A DNA stretch of 64,000 bases from the NCBI GenBank assembly GCA_951406725.2, contig OX597822.1, forward strand, positions 99,324,001 to 99,388,000, in the 5' to 3' direction. Below the pieces are notes generated by a model, which had not been told where the DNA came from, searched no databases, and was given only the letters and a program-made list of their open reading frames with translations. Positions 39,626 through 53,636 of the stretch are shown in pieces. The position numbers and the translations under genes were made by a program. How positions within the stretch are numbered: the stretch's first letter is position 1; every line of letters begins with the position of its first letter. Source of the stretch: Octopus vulgaris. Its lineage: Eukaryota.

Positions 39626-42600
39626 CTGAAAAACAAATCAAATAATATTTTTTTTGGAAAAAAAAAGGAAAAGAAAAATCAGAAGATATCATTTAACTTA
39701 GCAGCAAAAGAAACACTAAATAACATTAAATAAAATATCTGTTGGTAAAAACAGGAAAAAAGTAAACATTCGGTTACCATATTTCTGTTGAAATATACTG
39801 CTTTTGTTTCGGTAAATTTTGAAAATAACGGAAGATTTAGAAAAGTAACTATTAACTAGGCATAGGAGTGGCTGTGTGGTAAGTAGCTTGTTTACCAACC
39901 ACATGGTTCAGGGTTCAGTCCCACTGTGTGGCACCTTGGGCAAGTGTCTTCTACTATAGCCTTGGGTCAACCAAAGTCTTGTGGGTGGATTTGGTAGACG
40001 GAAATCGAAAGAAGCCCGTCATATATATGTATATATATGTGTGTGTGTGTGTGTATGTGTTTGTCCCCCCAACATCACTTGACAACCGATGGTAGTGTGT
40101 TTACATTGCCGTAACTTAGCAGTTCGGCAAAAGAGACCGATAGAATAAGTACTAGGCTTACAAAGAATAAGTCCTGGGATTTATTTGCACTACTAAAGGC
40201 AGTGCTCCAGCATGGCCAGTCAAATGACTGAAACAAGTAAAAGAGTAAAAGAGAGTAAAGAGTATTTAGAAAAGTCATTATTGAACTAACTTAACACAAA
40301 ATTTTAGTGGAAGATTTTAATTTTGATCACTTTAAAAGAGGAAGTTTGTATCATAGAACCATTGGTGGACTCAGGCAGGTTGGTATCAAAAGGGTCAAAT
40401 GCATCAAAAATTGAATGGAAAAAAACCGGTTAAGCTAGTAAAGTTGTGGCATTCTATATCACCATCATTACATGCATGTTTTTCCATACTTGGATAGATT
40501 TTCTCTAGTACAGTGTGTTGCCACATATTACTATCATCTTTTTCTGTAATGTTTAAGTATTTTTAGATCATTCATCACCGTTTCTTTCTCTTCCACAGGT
40601 TTCCGTTCCTCCTCTTGGTTCTTGTTTATCTGTCATATGCATCACATGTCCATATCAGCACAATCTTTCCTTGTACACACCACATTACACAGATTCTCTC
40701 TCAGTTCATTTGTGCTTTGTTGCTCACACACACACACACTGACATCACACATGCAGCAGAGCATGCTTACCTCAGTACTCTCTAGCCTTTGTACATTCTC
40801 TGCATCAATGAATACACACGTAAGTTTATGAAATTATTTTGGAAAATAAATTCTGAAGGGAGATTAATAGTTGAAAACAGTGCTTAATCAAGTCAAGTAA
40901 AAACTACAACTATTTATCGAGAAATTTTTTATTATTTTCATTGTTTACTCTAGGGGATATGTGAATAAATTAAATGATGCATTCAACAAACACAACTTTT
41001 CAAAAGGAACTTTGTCTAATACACTGATGTGACGGCCCAAAATTTTCAAGCAAGGTGTTATTTATTTGTTTCACAAGCTATCAACTTCATACTTATTTTC
41101 AGCACTGTAGTAATAAACAGTTGCTGATTCAAACTCAGCATTTGATTTTTATTACATTGAGATCACCTCTAGTTCTATGATGCAAACTTCTTGTTTTGAA
41201 GTGATCTGAATTACAACCTCCCATTAAAATTTCATGTAATGTTTCAAACACCAGATAAATAATAGCAAAGTTACTTTTTCTAAATTCTTCATTATTTTCA
41301 AAAATTAATAGAAAAAAAAAAAGCAGTGTTTTTCAACAGAAATATGGAATAAGAGGGTCAAGCATAATATGATAATCATACAAAGGGGTTGCTTACTAAA
41401 AAAAGGCCTATGATCAGGAGAAGAGGAAAACCTGAGAAATTCTAATAAATATTTCAAGATTAAAATGTCAGCCTACCACGAAACTGAAAAAAAAATTGAA
41501 GTCGTTATATCCACTTTTCAAATATAAATGTTGACTTTCTTCTTTTCAATATTACCATGTATGATTGGTCTGTAGATTGACAGAATCTTTGAGCTTTTCA
41601 CAAAACCATCATCATCATCATTTAATGTCCGTTTTCCATGCTAGCATGGGTTTGGACGATTTGACTGAGGTCTAGCAAACCAGACTCCAATCTGATCAGG
41701 CAGAGTGTCTACAGCTGGATGCCCTTCCTAATGCCAACCACTCCGAGAGTGTAGTGGGTGCTTTTACGTGCCACCGGCACGAGGGCCAGTTTGGTGGTAC
41801 TGGCAACGGCCACACGCAAATGGTGCTTTTTACGTGCCACCTTCACAGGAGCTAGTCCAGTGGCACTGGCGACAAAATGTTTTGTTATATTTGGTTACTC
41901 TCTCTTACTTCTGAATTCAAATGCTGTTGGGGTCAACTTTGCTTTTCATCCTTCTAGAGTTGATAAAGTACCAATCAAATACTGAGATTGATAAATGTAC
42001 TTAAGGCACCGAGCTCTCAGAAATGTCAGCATGCTTAGTGGTATTCCATGTTCAGACTCCACCAAGGATGACTTTGCCTTTTATCCTATCAGTGTCTACA
42101 AATTATCAGCCAGTCAAGTACAGGGGTCAATGTAATTGACTTACATCTCACTACAAAAAATTTCAGGCCTTGTGCCTTTACTAGAAAGGATCATTATTAT
42201 TCTATTATTAAGGTGATGAGATAACAGAATCATTAGCACGTCGGATATGAAATGCTTAGTGACATTTCATTTGTTCTTAGTTCAAATTCTGCTGAGGTCA
42301 ATTTTGCCTTTCATCCTTTCGGGGGTCAATAAATTAAGTATCACTGAAACACAGGGATCGATTTAATTTACTAGTCCCTGCCCACCAAATTCCAGGCCTT
42401 GTGCCTTAAGTAGAAAGAATTATTATCATTATTATTATCATTATTATTATATGGTGTCCTCTGGTAGTCATTAAGGAATTTAATAAAATAATGGTAAAGG
42501 AGTTGATTGAGAATGGTATTAAACAATTGACTTACTTTACAAGTATATATTCAGTCATTATAAACTTAAAAATCATGAGTGATATTAAATCACAAGAGCT

Positions 42601-45600
42601 TGCATAATCATAAATAAATTGAAGGAATGTTAACTGAAATAGTTTAATTTTTTATTATTATTATTATTATTATCATCTTCAACCTTCAGAAAGAAGAAAA
42701 ACATATTTAAAATAAAATTGATTCTATATAGGCATATAGTTAAGTATAATATGCAAAATTCCAAAGATGTAATTCAAGATGAATTTCTTTAATTAAAAGA
42801 AAATTTATTCTTTTTCAATTGATATGTAAGACTTTCATATGTAATTGAATTATGACATTAGTTGCCCTTATCATATGTTATAGCAAAATTAAGTGACATA
42901 ATTATATAAATATCATCATCATTTTAACATCTACTTTTCCAAGCTTGCGTAGATCAGATCAAATTTGTTTAAGCAACTTTTCTATGGCCTGATACCCTTC
43001 CTGTGATCCATCCTTACCTGTTTCCAAGCATGGTAATATTTCCCCATGACTGGACATTCTTTCACTGAAGATTGCAAACAAATGGCACCAGTTGTACAAC
43101 AGTGACACTCATTTACAACTACTACATAATGTCAAGACACACACATGCACAAGGCTTTGGGCTATAGTTGAATACACTTACTCAAGATCACACTGGAACT
43201 GAACCCAAAACCATGAGGTTGAGAGGTAAATTTCTTCACTTCATAGCCATGCCTGTGCCTATCAGAATGTATTTTAAAATCTAGAACCATCAATTCTGTT
43301 TGTTCATTCATTCATTCATTGGTCTAACATCTGTTTTACTATGCAAGCATAGCTTGGACAGAAATTAATTTTGATTAGGGTTTTACAGTCAGATGCTTTT
43401 CCTGTCACCAACCCTTACTTAGTTTTCAAGTAAGGGATTTATATATTCCAAAGGTCTTTCAAAGCACAGAGTAACCTGCTGTGACATCAACATCAGCTTC
43501 ACTCAAACAGTGCACACAAACAACTTTAATATAGATTCCATTTCCCAAATTCACCCACAAATAATGGATAGCTTAGGGCAAGAGTAAAAGACATCTACCC
43601 AAGGTGGCATGCAAATGAACTGAACCCAAAACTATATAGTTGTGCCACAAACTTTTTAACCACACAGCCATGCCTATACTATAGCCATGAGAAAGGATTA
43701 TAGAATATGGATGTTGCTCTCCTATAAGATACTATTGCCAAAACTATTTGGACCTACTAATCTTTCACCAAATACCCTTGCCCAAACGATAATTCTTACA
43801 TCAAACGAATATATATATAAGGAAAAAATCCTATGAATCCAGAATTTTGGCTCACCTTATGCATAAAAGCTCCAATAGCTAATCATTTCAGTAACTAAAC
43901 GAAAACAGATTTACCACCTGGTCACAGTACAGAATGAAACTGCAGAGTTTATCTTTATTACATTTATTAAATTATTAATTATATTGCAAGATAAAATATT
44001 CAGAGAACATCTGTTCCTTTAACAACAAAGACAGAAGTTGTACAATACAGTACTGGAAGTGTGCTTTTCAAAGCAATCTGCACAGGCGACATAATGCGAT
44101 GAATTTCACTTGTTGGATGTGTAATATACATAAATTCAAAAGACAAACCCAGTTTGAATTAATATACTAAACTACAGAGATTTCAAGATAGCAGCTGTTG
44201 CTTTCAGGAAAGGCTATTTAATTGGTGTTATCCTAAGACGAGAGGAGAGCATTAAGTGGAAGGAGTAGTGCTTAATAAGGGTAGCTCAGAGATGGGTAGA
44301 AAAACTTGTAGAATCCTTGGATTTATAGAAAATACTCAAAATAAAAAGCTAGAATAGTAATGATTATAATAATGGTTGGGGTGATATTAATAGTAGCATA
44401 GTTACCCTTAAGGAATTTGAACATATTGCTATTAAAATGCAGAAACTTTGTTTCAGTTAATTTTAGAAATAATGAAGAATTTAGTAAAATAAATTATTAA
44501 GTTGGTGATTGGAATATGATTTAACAAAATTTGGGTGGAATGTTTAAATTTCGATTAGTTTAAAACAAGAAATCTGTATCATAGAACCAGGGGTCGGTCA
44601 CAAGTGGGTTTGATTAAAAAGGGTTAAATTAGGAAGTTTGTATCACAGAACTAGGATCAGCCTCAGGTGAGTTGGTATCAAAAGGGCTAATATTTAGTTA
44701 CCAAACTTCTGTTGACATACACTGACTTTGTTTCAATTATTTTTGACAATAATGAGGAATTTAGTAAAATAATTTCATTATCATTAAGCTGATGTTCGAA
44801 ACAAATTATATCAAATTTTTGAATATTTTTTTAAAAGTTAGATCAATTTAAAACAGATTTGTAACATACATCTGGGGCAGTGTAAGGTAGATTAATATCA
44901 AAAGGGTAAGTCTTTATATAATCACTAAACCCTTTAGCATTCAGATTATTCTGTTATATGTAATGCTTATTTATTCACATTGTTTTGAATTAATCATGAA
45001 TTATCTTGTTGCTTTGAGATTTTGATTTAGAGATTGTTTACTTTTAGTATGACATTGTAGGGTATGTGTAAGGGACTGCGTTTGGCCAGTTTGAACATAA
45101 AACAAATACAATATTCTAATAGGATATGGCCAGGTTAAATACTAAAGGGTTATGACATGAAAACTGAATATTAACTACAAACACTTTAAAATTACTAAGC
45201 TCTGTCTTCCAAAATATATGGAAACTTACAAGAAAAAAAAGAATATAGGAATGAAGTTTATTCCAGTGACTGACAGAAATCAAAACTCAATATTTGATAA
45301 AGTTTAACAACTTCTCAAAATACAGTTAAATTAAATTCAATTGCTGTGACTTAATCGATTTTACTTCACTGCATCTGTTAAAATCAATTGCTGACTTTTA
45401 GATCAAGTTACCTTATAAAACACACGGCATAAGAGTACATTTCAAATAAAATGTAGCTTAGTTTTAAACTTGTAATACTTTCAATGTAGTTATTTGTATT
45501 TAAATTAGTCAAATCATCATTTAATGTCCGCTTTCCATGCTAGCATGGGTTGGACGATTTGACTGAGGGCTGGCGAACCAGATGGCTGCACCAGGCTCCA

Positions 45601-46705
45601 ATATTGATCTGGCAAAGTTTCTACAGCTGGATGCCCTTCCTAACACAAACCACTCTGAGAGTGTAGTGGGTGCTTTTACGTGCCACCGGCACGAGGGCCA
45701 GTCAGGCGGTACTGGCAATGACCTTGCTCGAATCTTTTTACAGGTGCCAGTAAGGCAATACTGATAACGATCACGCTTGAATGGTGCCTTTTACATGCCA
45801 GCGGCAAGGAAGCCAGTTAGCCGCTCTGGCAACGATCATGCTCGGATGAAGCTAAATGAAATCTAAAATGGTCTTAGAAGTTTGCTTCCCAATCAAGTGG
45901 CTTGAAGTTCAGTCCTACTGTGGGGCACCTTGGGCTAGTGTTTTCTATGATAGCCCCAAGATAGTTAAGCCTTGTGAATGGATTAATAAATGGGAAGTGA
46001 AGGAAGTTCAGTGTGTGTGTGCTTGTGTGTTTGTTCACTTGTTGTAAACAATGGCTTTGCCAATGATGTTGCTTGCTTGTAGTCTATTGTGAAAGCATTT
46101 CAGAGCTTCATGACAAGTCTTGGTATGTTGTGCAATTTTTGTAAAACAAAAGGCGTTGTTTGTTTCCAATTCTCTGCATAAACATGTCCAGGCTGTTTCC
46201 TGTTTGAAAATACTGGGAGGCTGTTATCTCCCATGAGAACAGGGGTGGGGGTGGCAGGTACAACATTCTGTCTCAACATACTTTTGCCTGGCCCATGCAA
46301 GCATGGAAAATCCTCCTTCTTTTCCTCCTCCTCCTACTCATATTCATCATCATCATATACATTAAAACAAAGATGATAATGAATCATGTTCAATATACTT
46401 TCTAGCGAAGTTAAGCTAAAAATGAAACAGTTTCATTGCTGTTCAATATTTTGCCCACACCTTTGTGAAGAAATATACATTCATGCTTTCACATTCTGAT
46501 TTTAATTATGGTGTTGTTCTCCATCGTGGAAAATCCTAGCTTTTTTCCTTTATATGCAAAGCACATGCCCAGAAATTAGTTGGTTAACCAGCTGGGAGTA
46601 CAACTACATGCAAGATCAAGTTAACTGTATCAGTTCAGCATGCAGTCATGATTATTAGGTTCAGTCAACTAGATATATAATATTTGCTCTCATTCTTATA
46701 AATTA

Positions 46706-47089
46706 CTAGCAGTGTCCCCCGGCATTGCTCGGGTTTCTTTCGACCCTTTAGAATTGGAATTTCTGAAAAGTAAAACTTTTGCATTATGTAGCTTGTTATT
46801 CTCTTTAAATGAACATTTTTCTGCTTGAAATACACTGAAAAATGGTGACACAGCAATCAAAAAATAGGGACTTTCATAGTAGAAAAGCACCTTTTTGATG
46901 TAAATAATTTTTGGTGTTAACATGGTCCGATTTGAATTTTATCTTCTACAGAATGCAGAGCAAGCTTTCTTCTATCATACTCTCAATTTTAGTCAACTTG
47001 CGCCGCAGGGTCTCGGAGGAGATAATGTTTGTTGAAGGCTACCAAACCTGCCACACACACACAGACAACTTCAGCTTTATATATAGAGA
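46706..47089 (-). mobile_element. Non-autonomous Helitron (384 bp)
   Basis: Minus strand starts A|TC (47089) and ends CTAG|T (46706). A subterminal hairpin CCCGAGCAATGCCGGG lies at 46718-46733. Inserted at an A/T site with no TSD. Confidence 0.85.
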
Positions 47090-48552
47090 TTTGATAAATA
47101 CACACAAACTTTGATTCTCTCTCTTTTCTTTTTGTTCTTACTCTACCACTGATGCAATATTGTACATGCATGCTATGATACCCAGTCAATTTCTTTCCAA
47201 TAAATTAGCCAAAAATTTCTTTGTTTTCTTTCCAAGTCCACGTTAACCTCTTTTGGTGCCAACCTGGTTCTCTGATACAAACTTCCTTTTTCAAAAAAAC
47301 CTAAATTAAAATCAACCTTCAAAATTTCAATTTAATTTATGTTCCAAACATCAGCATAATAATGACAAAACTATTTTAATGGATTCTTCTTATTTTCAAA
47401 AATAATTAAAACAAAGGCAGCGTATTTCAACAGAAATATTGTAACAAAAGGATTAATATTTGTCTTATTTTATTTGCTGTATAAAACGTATCTGAACCTG
47501 TCAAATTTACTTCAAAAGAATCTTTCCAACAGCAAGCAATTTCATTGTCTCTTTCCCAATTATAATATATATATATATATATATAAACATAAGCTACATC
47601 AACTTCTCTTAAACCACATCTATGAATTTAGTACGGCACCTTTCCTTCTGAAGATAATGTACTCATCTATCTATTCTAGGAATCATATTAAATTCCACTG
47701 GTTGTGTGGTTAAGAAGTTTCCAGCTCTGGTGCTGGAAAGAAAGTACTGTGATCATATAATTGACTCATGTAAAAACAAGAATTATAGAATTCTTTTTTG
47801 GAGACCCAGATTGCGGTTGTAGGAATGCCTGCAACTTGCAAGAAAAATACTCGGGGAAGGATTGTAGAGGTTTATTGCCACCAATTTGCATGTAAATTGT
47901 GTCTTATAATTGTATGGACTTTTTAGTTCAAATATATTGTATTTTAAATTGTAAGAGGGTTAATACCTCTGTATATGAAGTTTTGAAAGAACAATGTTTT
48001 AGAGAAGCAGAGGGTCGGCAGGCGCTTTCCGCCTTCTCCCATCTTTATCATTTTTGTATCATAATCATTCGCCTCATCAATGTCTGTGTCCAGCCCGCAA
48101 AGCTACCTTATCTATGTGCTGCCTACATGGTAAATTTAATGAATAAAAGAAGTTTGCTCCACATGCATATGGTTTCAGGTTCAGTCCTACTGCATGGTAT
48201 CTAGGGACAAATTGCTTATACTGAAGCCCTCATCCAATCAAGGCTTTGTGAATGGATTTGGTTGATGGAAACTGAAAGAAGATTGCTGTGTGTGTTATTG
48301 TTTTGACATTGTGTGGGAGTTGTAAATAAGTGTCAGTGTCATACAAGTAGTTCTTATTCAATTTCAGTCTCCTGGAATAATATGGCTAGTCATAGGTAAA
48401 TATTACCTTGCTTGGAAGCAAGTAAGGGTTTAGCAATCAAAAAAAAAAAAGGGTATCATGCAATGGAAAGTCAGTCTCAACAAAAATCTTACTCACCCAA
48501 GGAAGTATGAGAAAAGAAGACATTAAAATGATAACTTTTCTACACAGCATAT

Positions 48553-48764
48553 ACTCTTTTACTTGTTTCAGTCATTTGACTGCGGCCATGCTGGAGCACC
48601 GCCTTTAATCGAGCAACTCGACCCCGGGACTTATTCTTTTGTAAGCCCAGTACTTATTCTATCGATCTCTTTTACCGAACCGCTAAGTAACGGGGACATA
48701 AACACACCAGCATCGGTTGTCAAGCAATGCTAGGGGGACAAACACAGACACACAAACACACACA

Positions 48765-48844
<80 letters not shown>

Positions 48845-49010
48845 TACGACGGGCTTCTTTCAGTTTCCGTCTACCAAATCCACTCACAAGGCTTTGGTTG
48901 GCCCGAGGCTATAGCAGAAGACACTTGCCCAAGGTGCCATGCAGTGGGACTGAACCCGGAACCATGTGGTTGGTAAACAAGCTACTTACCACACAGCCAC
49001 TCCTGCGCCT
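48553..49010 (-). mobile_element. SINE family A, minus-strand young-looking copy with long internal (TA)n
   Basis: Reverse complement of family A, retaining many CpGs. Confidence 0.88.
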
Positions 49011-49440
49011 ATACTCTTAGTAGTTTTTCACTTAGTTGAATAATATAGCAATTAATTAACTAAAAAAATGTTCAACTAAAAGAAAATCAGTTTTCAGTTT
49101 ATTTCTACAATCAGTAGTAAGCTGATTATCCAATTCTGCTGCTCCAGCTACATTAAAATCAAATTTAACATGAACTCTATTTAAGCTCTGTAATTAAATC
49201 TAAGATAATGAAAACAGCAGAATGTATAAAGCACAATATCTATTTGTGCTGTTATGAAATCTATACATATGTGCTACAGGGTCTTCCAAAAGTAATATAA
49301 AACAACCATAACATGTCAATTAAAAAAAAAAAAATTGAATAATATATTTTAACAATGAGTTAGAATTTCATTCTTTTTATAAGAGACTAAATAAAATAAT
49401 TAGGAAAATTTTTGTGAAAGGAATAAAATAAATGACATAC

Positions 49441-49565
49441 ATCACTGCCAATTAATAATTCTTTGTTCTCGACAATCCCCCAAGATGCAATTCCAATAGC
49501 CACAACTTTGTTCTTAGCTTTGGTAGTGAGATCACTGATGGCATCACCAACATGTCTTGTAACAC
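49441..49565 (-). CDS. TRPM3: TRPM1/3-like channel, internal exon B
   Basis: 125 nt, bounded by tacAG and GTatgt, phase 1 to 0. Translates (G)[41 protein letters not shown], matching the TRPM motifs RHVGDA and IGIAPWG. In frame with exon A. Confidence 0.96.
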
Positions 49566-49721
49566 CTGTAATTAAACCAATATTTCATTAAAATAATAAT
49601 AATAATAATAATAATAATTAATAATAATAATAACAAGATATAAGTTCTATAGTAGGCTACAATGTAGTGCTTTCTTTTAAAGGTGCCCACATAAGGCAAT
49701 AGGATTCTTGTAGTAGGAGGT

Positions 49722-49767
<46 letters not shown>

Positions 49768-49773
49768 TATGTT

Positions 49774-49840
<67 letters not shown>

Positions 49841-49880
49841 TTCCTCTGTCTTCCCTTCTCGGGATCTTTCCTTCTCCTAC

Positions 49881-49915
49881 GTTTCCGACGAAGAGCTCCG
49901 CTCGAAACGTTTAAC
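49881..49915 (+). ncRNA. Minimal hammerhead-like motif (U4C variant) in a (TA)n-flanked insert
   Basis: GUUU-CCGACGA-A-GAGC(UCC)GCUC-GAAA-CG-UU-UAAC. Stem III is the palindrome ACGU. Stem I has one mismatch. Confidence 0.5.
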
Positions 49916-50009
49916 CCTCCTTCTTCCCTTCTTTCCTGAGCGTCCAATAATACTTTATTTGTTCCACGTCCTTGCGCTGTTGTGTTTTTTTGTTTTCTTG
50001 TTTGGATTA

Positions 50010-50063
<54 letters not shown>

Positions 50064-51124
50064 GCTGGAAAGAAAGTCTTGTAATAAGTGTGTTTTTCAA
50101 TTATGAGCAGAGGGCAATTCCTTGATTAAGTTGGGAAGTAGTTAGATGATGAGGGAACCTACAGACTAAATTTAGACACTTTTCCTAGTTCAAGAAGGTA
50201 TTTTTATGATTGAAGTGTGACTTGAATTGAACTGTTTTGCTAAGTCTTGTGCAGCAAGCTTTGTATTTTCCTTAACTGTGGTTTCCAGAAGCACAAAATT
50301 GACAAAACTTAGCCATCAAATTGAGAAGGCCTCTTTGAACAAAAACTTTCCCCAAGTTTTACTTGGAGAAATAATGGCTAAACCATTATTGGAATGTCCA
50401 GACACTTAATGCTCTATTTCCAAAGAAAGAATGTTCTTGCAGATTCCAGTGCTGAAGAGCCCCTTTTGAATTCATACATTTGTATAAATTCTATACGTAC
50501 TGTATCATTTATTCCATCTCCTCCTCTACTGTCTATGATTCTTTCTCTCTCAATGCATGTGTGTAGTGTTTCTTTACTCATTGCCTGCAATCAAGCCTAG
50601 TATGTACATCCATCCAGCACATCTTATACATTTATATTGGCTATTCAACATACATTTATATTGGCTATTATGAAATTATATACAATACGTGCAGGCATAG
50701 CTGTATGGTAAGAAACTTGCTTCCTAACCACATAGTTCCAAGTTCAGTCCCACTGTGTGGCACCATGGGCAAGTGACTTCTTCTATAGCCTGAAGTCAAT
50801 CAAAGCTTTGTGAGTGGAATTGGTAGACAGAAATGGAAAGAAGCCTGTCATGTATATGTGTGTGTGTGTCACTGTGTCTGTGTTTGTTCCCCCACCAACA
50901 CTTGATAACCTGTATTGGTATGTTTACGTCCCTGTAATGTACCAGTTCAGTAAAAAAAAAAAAGGACTGATAGAATAAGTACTAGGCTAAAGAAATAAAT
51001 CCTGGGCTCAATTTGTTTGGCTAAAAAAAAAACCGCTTCGAGGTGGTGCTCCAGCAAGGCCACAGTCAAATGGATGGACCAAGTAAAATAATATATCATT
51101 ATCATCTTTAATGTTCTTTTTTCC

Positions 51125-51160
<36 letters not shown>

Positions 51161-51559
51161 GATTTATATGTATGTATGTATATGTATGTATGTGTGTGTG
51201 TGTATATATAAAGCACCCACTACACTCACGGAGTGGTTGGCGTTAGGAAGGGCATCCAGCTGTAGAAACATTGCCAGATAAGACCGGAGCCTGGTGCAGC
51301 CTTCTGGCTTCCCAGATCCCCAGTCGAACCGTCCAACCTATGCTAGCATGGAGAACGGACGTTAAACGATGATGATGATATATATATATATATATAAATA
51401 AATAGATGTGTGTATTTTTCCCTTGTTAACAATTAACATGGAAAAAATAGATAAATAGTTACCAGGGTAGCAAAAAAATCACACAAATAAAAAGGTTGTA
51501 ACTCCTTGTTTTTAAAGTTAAAAACTTTGGATTTATGTGAAATATTTTGTATAATATAT

Positions 51560-51969
51560 ATATATATAAATAAATAAATGGAGTAAAACGCAGGTGTTAT
51601 TCAAATTCTTTTACTTCCGACACATGTTTCCAAGATATCACTGGTATTATTCCAAAGGAATAAAATGGTGTAAAACAATGTAATCTTCTCTTCAGGGAAG
51701 TGAAGAAATGAAACTCGTCAATAAGACATTTTAACAGAAAATGATGGATATGTATAGTGATTAACTGAACGCTATTAAGATTGTTTTAAAAAAAAAAAGT
51801 TATAGGATATAACGTCAAAGGTAGCCTATAGAAAGAGGGGGGATAAAGGGGATAAACAGAAGATTACATTGTTTTACACAATTTTATTCCTTTGGAATAA
51901 TACCAGTGATATCTTTGAAACATGTCGGAAGTAAAAGAATTTGAATAACACCTGTGTTTAACTCCATTT

Positions 51970-51985
<16 letters not shown>
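51560..51985. mobile_element. Inverted-repeat cassette in (TA)n, probable Penelope-like pseudo-LTR
   Basis: Arms of ~115 bp (about 51575-51689 and 51859-51975) with a ~170-bp spacer. The left arm carries a complete hammerhead motif. The right arm is truncated at stem II. Confidence 0.6.
51613..51701 (-). ncRNA. Type I hammerhead ribozyme motif with canonical CUGAAGA/GAAA core and GUC triplet
   Basis: Minus strand reads ACUUCC-CUGAAGA-GAAGAU(long loop)AUCUUG-GAAA-CAUGUG-UC-GGAAGU. Stem I is 6 bp. The stem II closing pair is G.G, whereas the inverted copy has U at that position. Confidence 0.65.
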
Positions 51986-52004
<19 letters not shown>

Positions 52005-52007
<3 letters not shown>

Positions 52008-52603
52008 TCATCATCATCGTGTAACGTCCGCTTTCCATGCTAGCATGGGTTGGACGGTTCAACTGGAGTCTGGGAAGCCCGAAGGCTGCACCAGGCCAGT
52101 CAGATCTGGCGATGTTTCTACAGCTGGATGCCCTTCCTAACGCCAACCACTCCATGAGTGTAGTCGGTGCTTTTTATGTGCCACCGACACAGGTACCAGA
52201 CAAGGCTGGCAAACGGCCACGCTTGGATGGTGTTTTTTACGTGCCACCGGCACAGAGGCCAGGCGAGGCTGGCACAGCCACGATAGGATGGTGTTTGTTA
52301 CGTGCCACCAACACGGAGGCCAGTCGATGCAGTGCTGGCTACGGCCACATTCGGAAGGCTCTCTTATGTGCCACCGGCACTGGTACCACAAACTACAAAT
52401 TCCATTGATGTGGATCGATTTTGATTTTGATTTGATTCTTTGATTTTGATTTTCACTTGCCTCAACAGGTCTTCACAAGTAGAGTTATGAGTCCCAAGAA
52501 GGAAGGTATGCACAGGTGGACTGACTACGTCCCAGGTAGAGTAGAGGCCACGGGTTATGGCCTCACTTGTCCTGCCGGGTCTTCTCACGCACAGCATACT
52601 TCC

Positions 52604-52604
<1 letters not shown>
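52005..52604 (-). mobile_element. RTE-type LINE 3' end with (GAT)n tail (representative copy)
   Basis: Minus strand encodes an ORF end (WKYAVREKTRQDK*), then a 3' UTR with variable GTGCCACCGGCAC subrepeats, ending CCATGCTAGCATGG...GGACGTTA.ACGATGATGAT. Other 5'-truncated copies at about 3765-4115, 5726-6031, 11572-11785, 16987-17236, 30104-30628, 31131-31402, 41607-41872, 45514-45848, 51210-51378 and 55871-56203. Clade assignment is by resemblance. Confidence 0.75.
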
Positions 52605-52639
<35 letters not shown>

Positions 52640-53636
52640 GAGTAAAGAAATGCACAGAAAAATTACATACAAGACGGAGACATGTTTATTCCGCATTGGT
52701 TATTGGTGTCAAAAATCATCAAAGTTTTGTGCCATAAGAGCACTATTTAAATGATTTAAAAACTGAAGCACATGATAAAATATAGGATAGATCTAGAATA
52801 AGGAAAAATAGTAAAAGAAACCATGCACAAGAGGCATGTATTTGCTCAAGATTCTATAAGTTAATCCTGTTGACTACTTTTCAAGTCTTAGTTTAAAATA
52901 CTTTACAATATTTTATCTAATTTTTAACTGGTTTAAACAAGAAACATTACTTAAATAGTCAAACATAATTACATAAAAATAGATCAAAACTTAAATGCAC
53001 ACATGCTGTTGTGATTCTACATTCTTCTAATAATAGACACATGTGAAGAGATAGTGCTCTCACTTACTTAAGATGGATACTAAGCTGTCATGTTAGTAGT
53101 TGAATAAATTCTCTGAGATACAAATCTCTTATTGCTACCTTTTATAGTAGAGTTTATTTTTAACTGCAACAGATTACACATCCTCATAAGCCTCATGTTT
53201 CATGGAGTTTTCAAATTTATTGCAGACTGACATTTATGAGAATGCAGCATATATTACTAAAAGATGTCTGCATTGACCCTTTTGTTCCAATAGTTCTGCT
53301 GAAATATACTGCCTTTATTTCAATTAATTTTGAAAACCATGAAGAATTTAGTAAAATAATTTTGTCATTATTAAGTAGTACTTAGAACATAAATTCACAT
53401 GAAATTTCAATGGAGGGCTCACTTCAAAACACGAAGTTTGTATTGGAGAAGGGCAGTCACTGGAAGGTTAGTACTAAACTGTGTAAAACAGGATTTTTGT
53501 AAAACATTAAAATTGAAAAACTAACTGAATTCTTAAAATAAATTTTTGAAATCTTAATACTTTTCTTACCATATTTCTATTGAAAAAACACTGCCTTTAT
53601 TTCAAGAAGTTTTGAAAATAATCAAGAATTTATTAA

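Noticed and set aside
50451-50480. CTGAAGAG core box
   Set aside because: No stem II or GAAA downstream.
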